This document shows, in pieces, positions 63,199-64,000 of a stretch of 64,000 nt of DNA. The first letter of the stretch is position 1. Each line of letters starts with the position of its first letter. Under the pieces are notes generated by a model. The model did no database searches, was not told where the DNA came from, and saw only the letters and a program-made list of their open reading frames with translations. Source of the DNA: Bryobacteraceae bacterium (GTDB taxonomy: Bacteria > Acidobacteriota > Terriglobia > Bryobacterales > Bryobacteraceae); contig DASYAX010000407.1 in NCBI GenBank assembly GCA_036501045.1, positions 8,670 to 72,669 of the forward strand. The letters are read 5' to 3'. Made by a program: the position numbers and the translations under genes.

Positions 63199-64000
63199 GG
63201 CGCAATATCGGGGCGGTCGACCATGGGCCTCAGCGAGACGAGCGGTCCCGCGCGTTTGCTGAGCACCTGGCCGTAGACTTCAGCCACTTGCGCCACGATG
63301 CGTTCGGCTCCATAGTGTGCGGTGACGCGCTCACGCAGTTTTTTGCCGAGCGTGGCGCGGCGCTCGGGAGAGCCGAGCAAAGAAAGTAAGGCGGCAGCAA
63401 GCTCCGCGGGCGAGCCGGGCGGGACCAGGATGCCGGCAGCGCCTTCGGCGAGCACTTCGGGGCATTGCCCGACATTGGTCGCGATAGCGGGAAGACCGGA
63501 CATGCCGTACTCGAGTAGGGCGAGAGGCAAACCTTCCGAACGGGAGCTGAGGACGGCGATATCGCAGCCTTCGATGATGGCCGCGACATCGTTGCGGCGG
63601 CCGAGATAGGAGACCGAGGCCGCGAGACCGAGCTCCCCAATTTGCCGCAGGATGGAATCCTTGTACGCGGCGTCGGCGAAATCGCCCACCAGCAGCAGAT
63701 GCGCTTGGGGTGCCTGGGTTTTGAGGAGGGTCATGGCCGCGAGCAGCGTGGGATGATCTTTTTGCGGGCGGATATTAGCAACACAGACGATGCGGCTGCC
63801 GGGGACGCCGGGAAGCTCGACGGCCGAGCGCCCACCCGCGGGCATTTCGACCAGATTAGGGATGTACCAGACGCGCCCGGCGGGAATGCCGAGCGTCCGG
63901 CGCGACCATTCGGCGAGTGGATGATTCACCGCGATGACGCCGCCCACTCGCCGGGTGGCGGCCCGATAGAGCCAGGCGGGGCGGTCATTGAAGGTGTAGC
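63195..64000 (-). CDS. Glycosyltransferase family 4 (partial; the N-terminus lies beyond the window end)
   Basis: The reading frame stays open to position 64000 (..YTFNDRPAWLYRAATRRVGGVIAVN..). SSRSEGLPLALLEYGMSGLPAIATNVG is the EX7E motif. Confidence 0.8.
   Translation of the reverse strand, partial: YTFNDRPAWLYRAATRRVGGVIAVNHPLAEWSRRTLGIPAGRVWYIPNLVEMPAGGRSAVELPGVPGSRIVCVANIRPQKDHPTLLAAMTLLKTQAPQAHLLLVGDFADAAYKDSILRQIGELGLAASVSYLGRRNDVAAIIEGCDIAVLSSRSEGLPLALLEYGMSGLPAIATNVGQCPEVLAEGAAGILVPPGSPAELAAALLSLLGSPERRATLGKKLRERVTAHYGAERIVAQVAEVYGQVLSKRAGPLVSLRPMVDRPDIAP

Noticed and set aside
1-64000. Many long ORFs antisense to, or out of frame with, the called genes. Examples: 13895-15052 (-), 6811-7725 (+), 23496-24410 (+), 34057-34845 (-), 34918-35823 (-), 45232-45966 (-), 49828-51021 (-), 54805-55581 (+), 59234-60016 (-), 60599-61630 (+).
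   Set aside because: Their translations are Arg/Ala/Gly/Pro-rich low-complexity text with no recognisable motifs. They fully overlap genes that have clear family signatures. This is the usual shadow-ORF effect in GC-rich DNA.
1-64000. Search for CRISPR arrays, IS elements, transposases, integrases, prophage genes, toxin-antitoxin pairs and known defence-system components.
   Set aside because: No regularly spaced short repeats, no terminal inverted repeats flanking an ORF and no recombinase, nuclease or ATPase-type translations were seen. The only mobile-element-like trace is the 12-bp repeat at tRNA-Val.

Overview
GC-rich window (about 60% G+C by eye, so long antisense shadow ORFs occur throughout). 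The gene content looks typical of Acidobacteriota (Solibacter/Bryobacter-like): CarboxypepD_reg-type TonB-dependent-receptor-like outer-membrane proteins, an orphan ADOP (MacB/FtsX) permease, VWFA-related and GWxTD-type proteins, many secreted peptidases and a PEP-CTERM protein. All calls come from reading the ORF translations and DNA by eye and from motif memory. No database search was run, and start codons are best guesses. I call 42 protein-coding genes, 1 tRNA (Val-GAC), 3 pseudogenes or gene remnants and a few promoter, operator and terminator candidates. I saw no rRNA, CRISPR array, transposase, integrase or phage gene. Layout: (1) 0.3-3.6 kb, secreted phosphoesterase and a multicopper oxidase. 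(2) 3.6-4.5 kb, a decayed ppk1 fragment plus a lower-GC patch with a small Cys-repeat secreted protein. (3) 4.5-11.6 kb, minus strand, VWA / M20 peptidase / OMP / GWxTD cluster. (4) 11.5-13.5 kb, fused MoaD-MoaE and a LacI regulator. (5) 13.9-19.4 kb, GH27 / dihaem cytochrome c / PQQ quinoprotein / GH28 operon. (6) 19.5-30 kb, minus strand, M1 aminopeptidase, ThiE, S9 peptidase, esterase-like protein, SDR, ADOP permease. (7) 30.2-36.7 kb, tRNA-Val, a frameshifted OMP pseudogene and two TPR genes. (8) 36.8-44 kb, FG-GAP/TIM-barrel fusion, split transketolase, MDR dehydrogenase, an unknown protein, SDR. (9) 44.1-64 kb, a polysaccharide/PEP-CTERM locus. My best candidate for an undescribed system lies in block 9: an Arn-like carrier-lipid module (polyprenyl-P-type GT2, CE4 deacetylase, methyltransferase, GT4, two tandem GT-C-like membrane proteins). 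It sits next to a PEP-CTERM protein gene and is bracketed by two paralogous beta-helix proteins. The second candidate is the tightly coupled VWA / M20 / OMP / GWxTD cluster.
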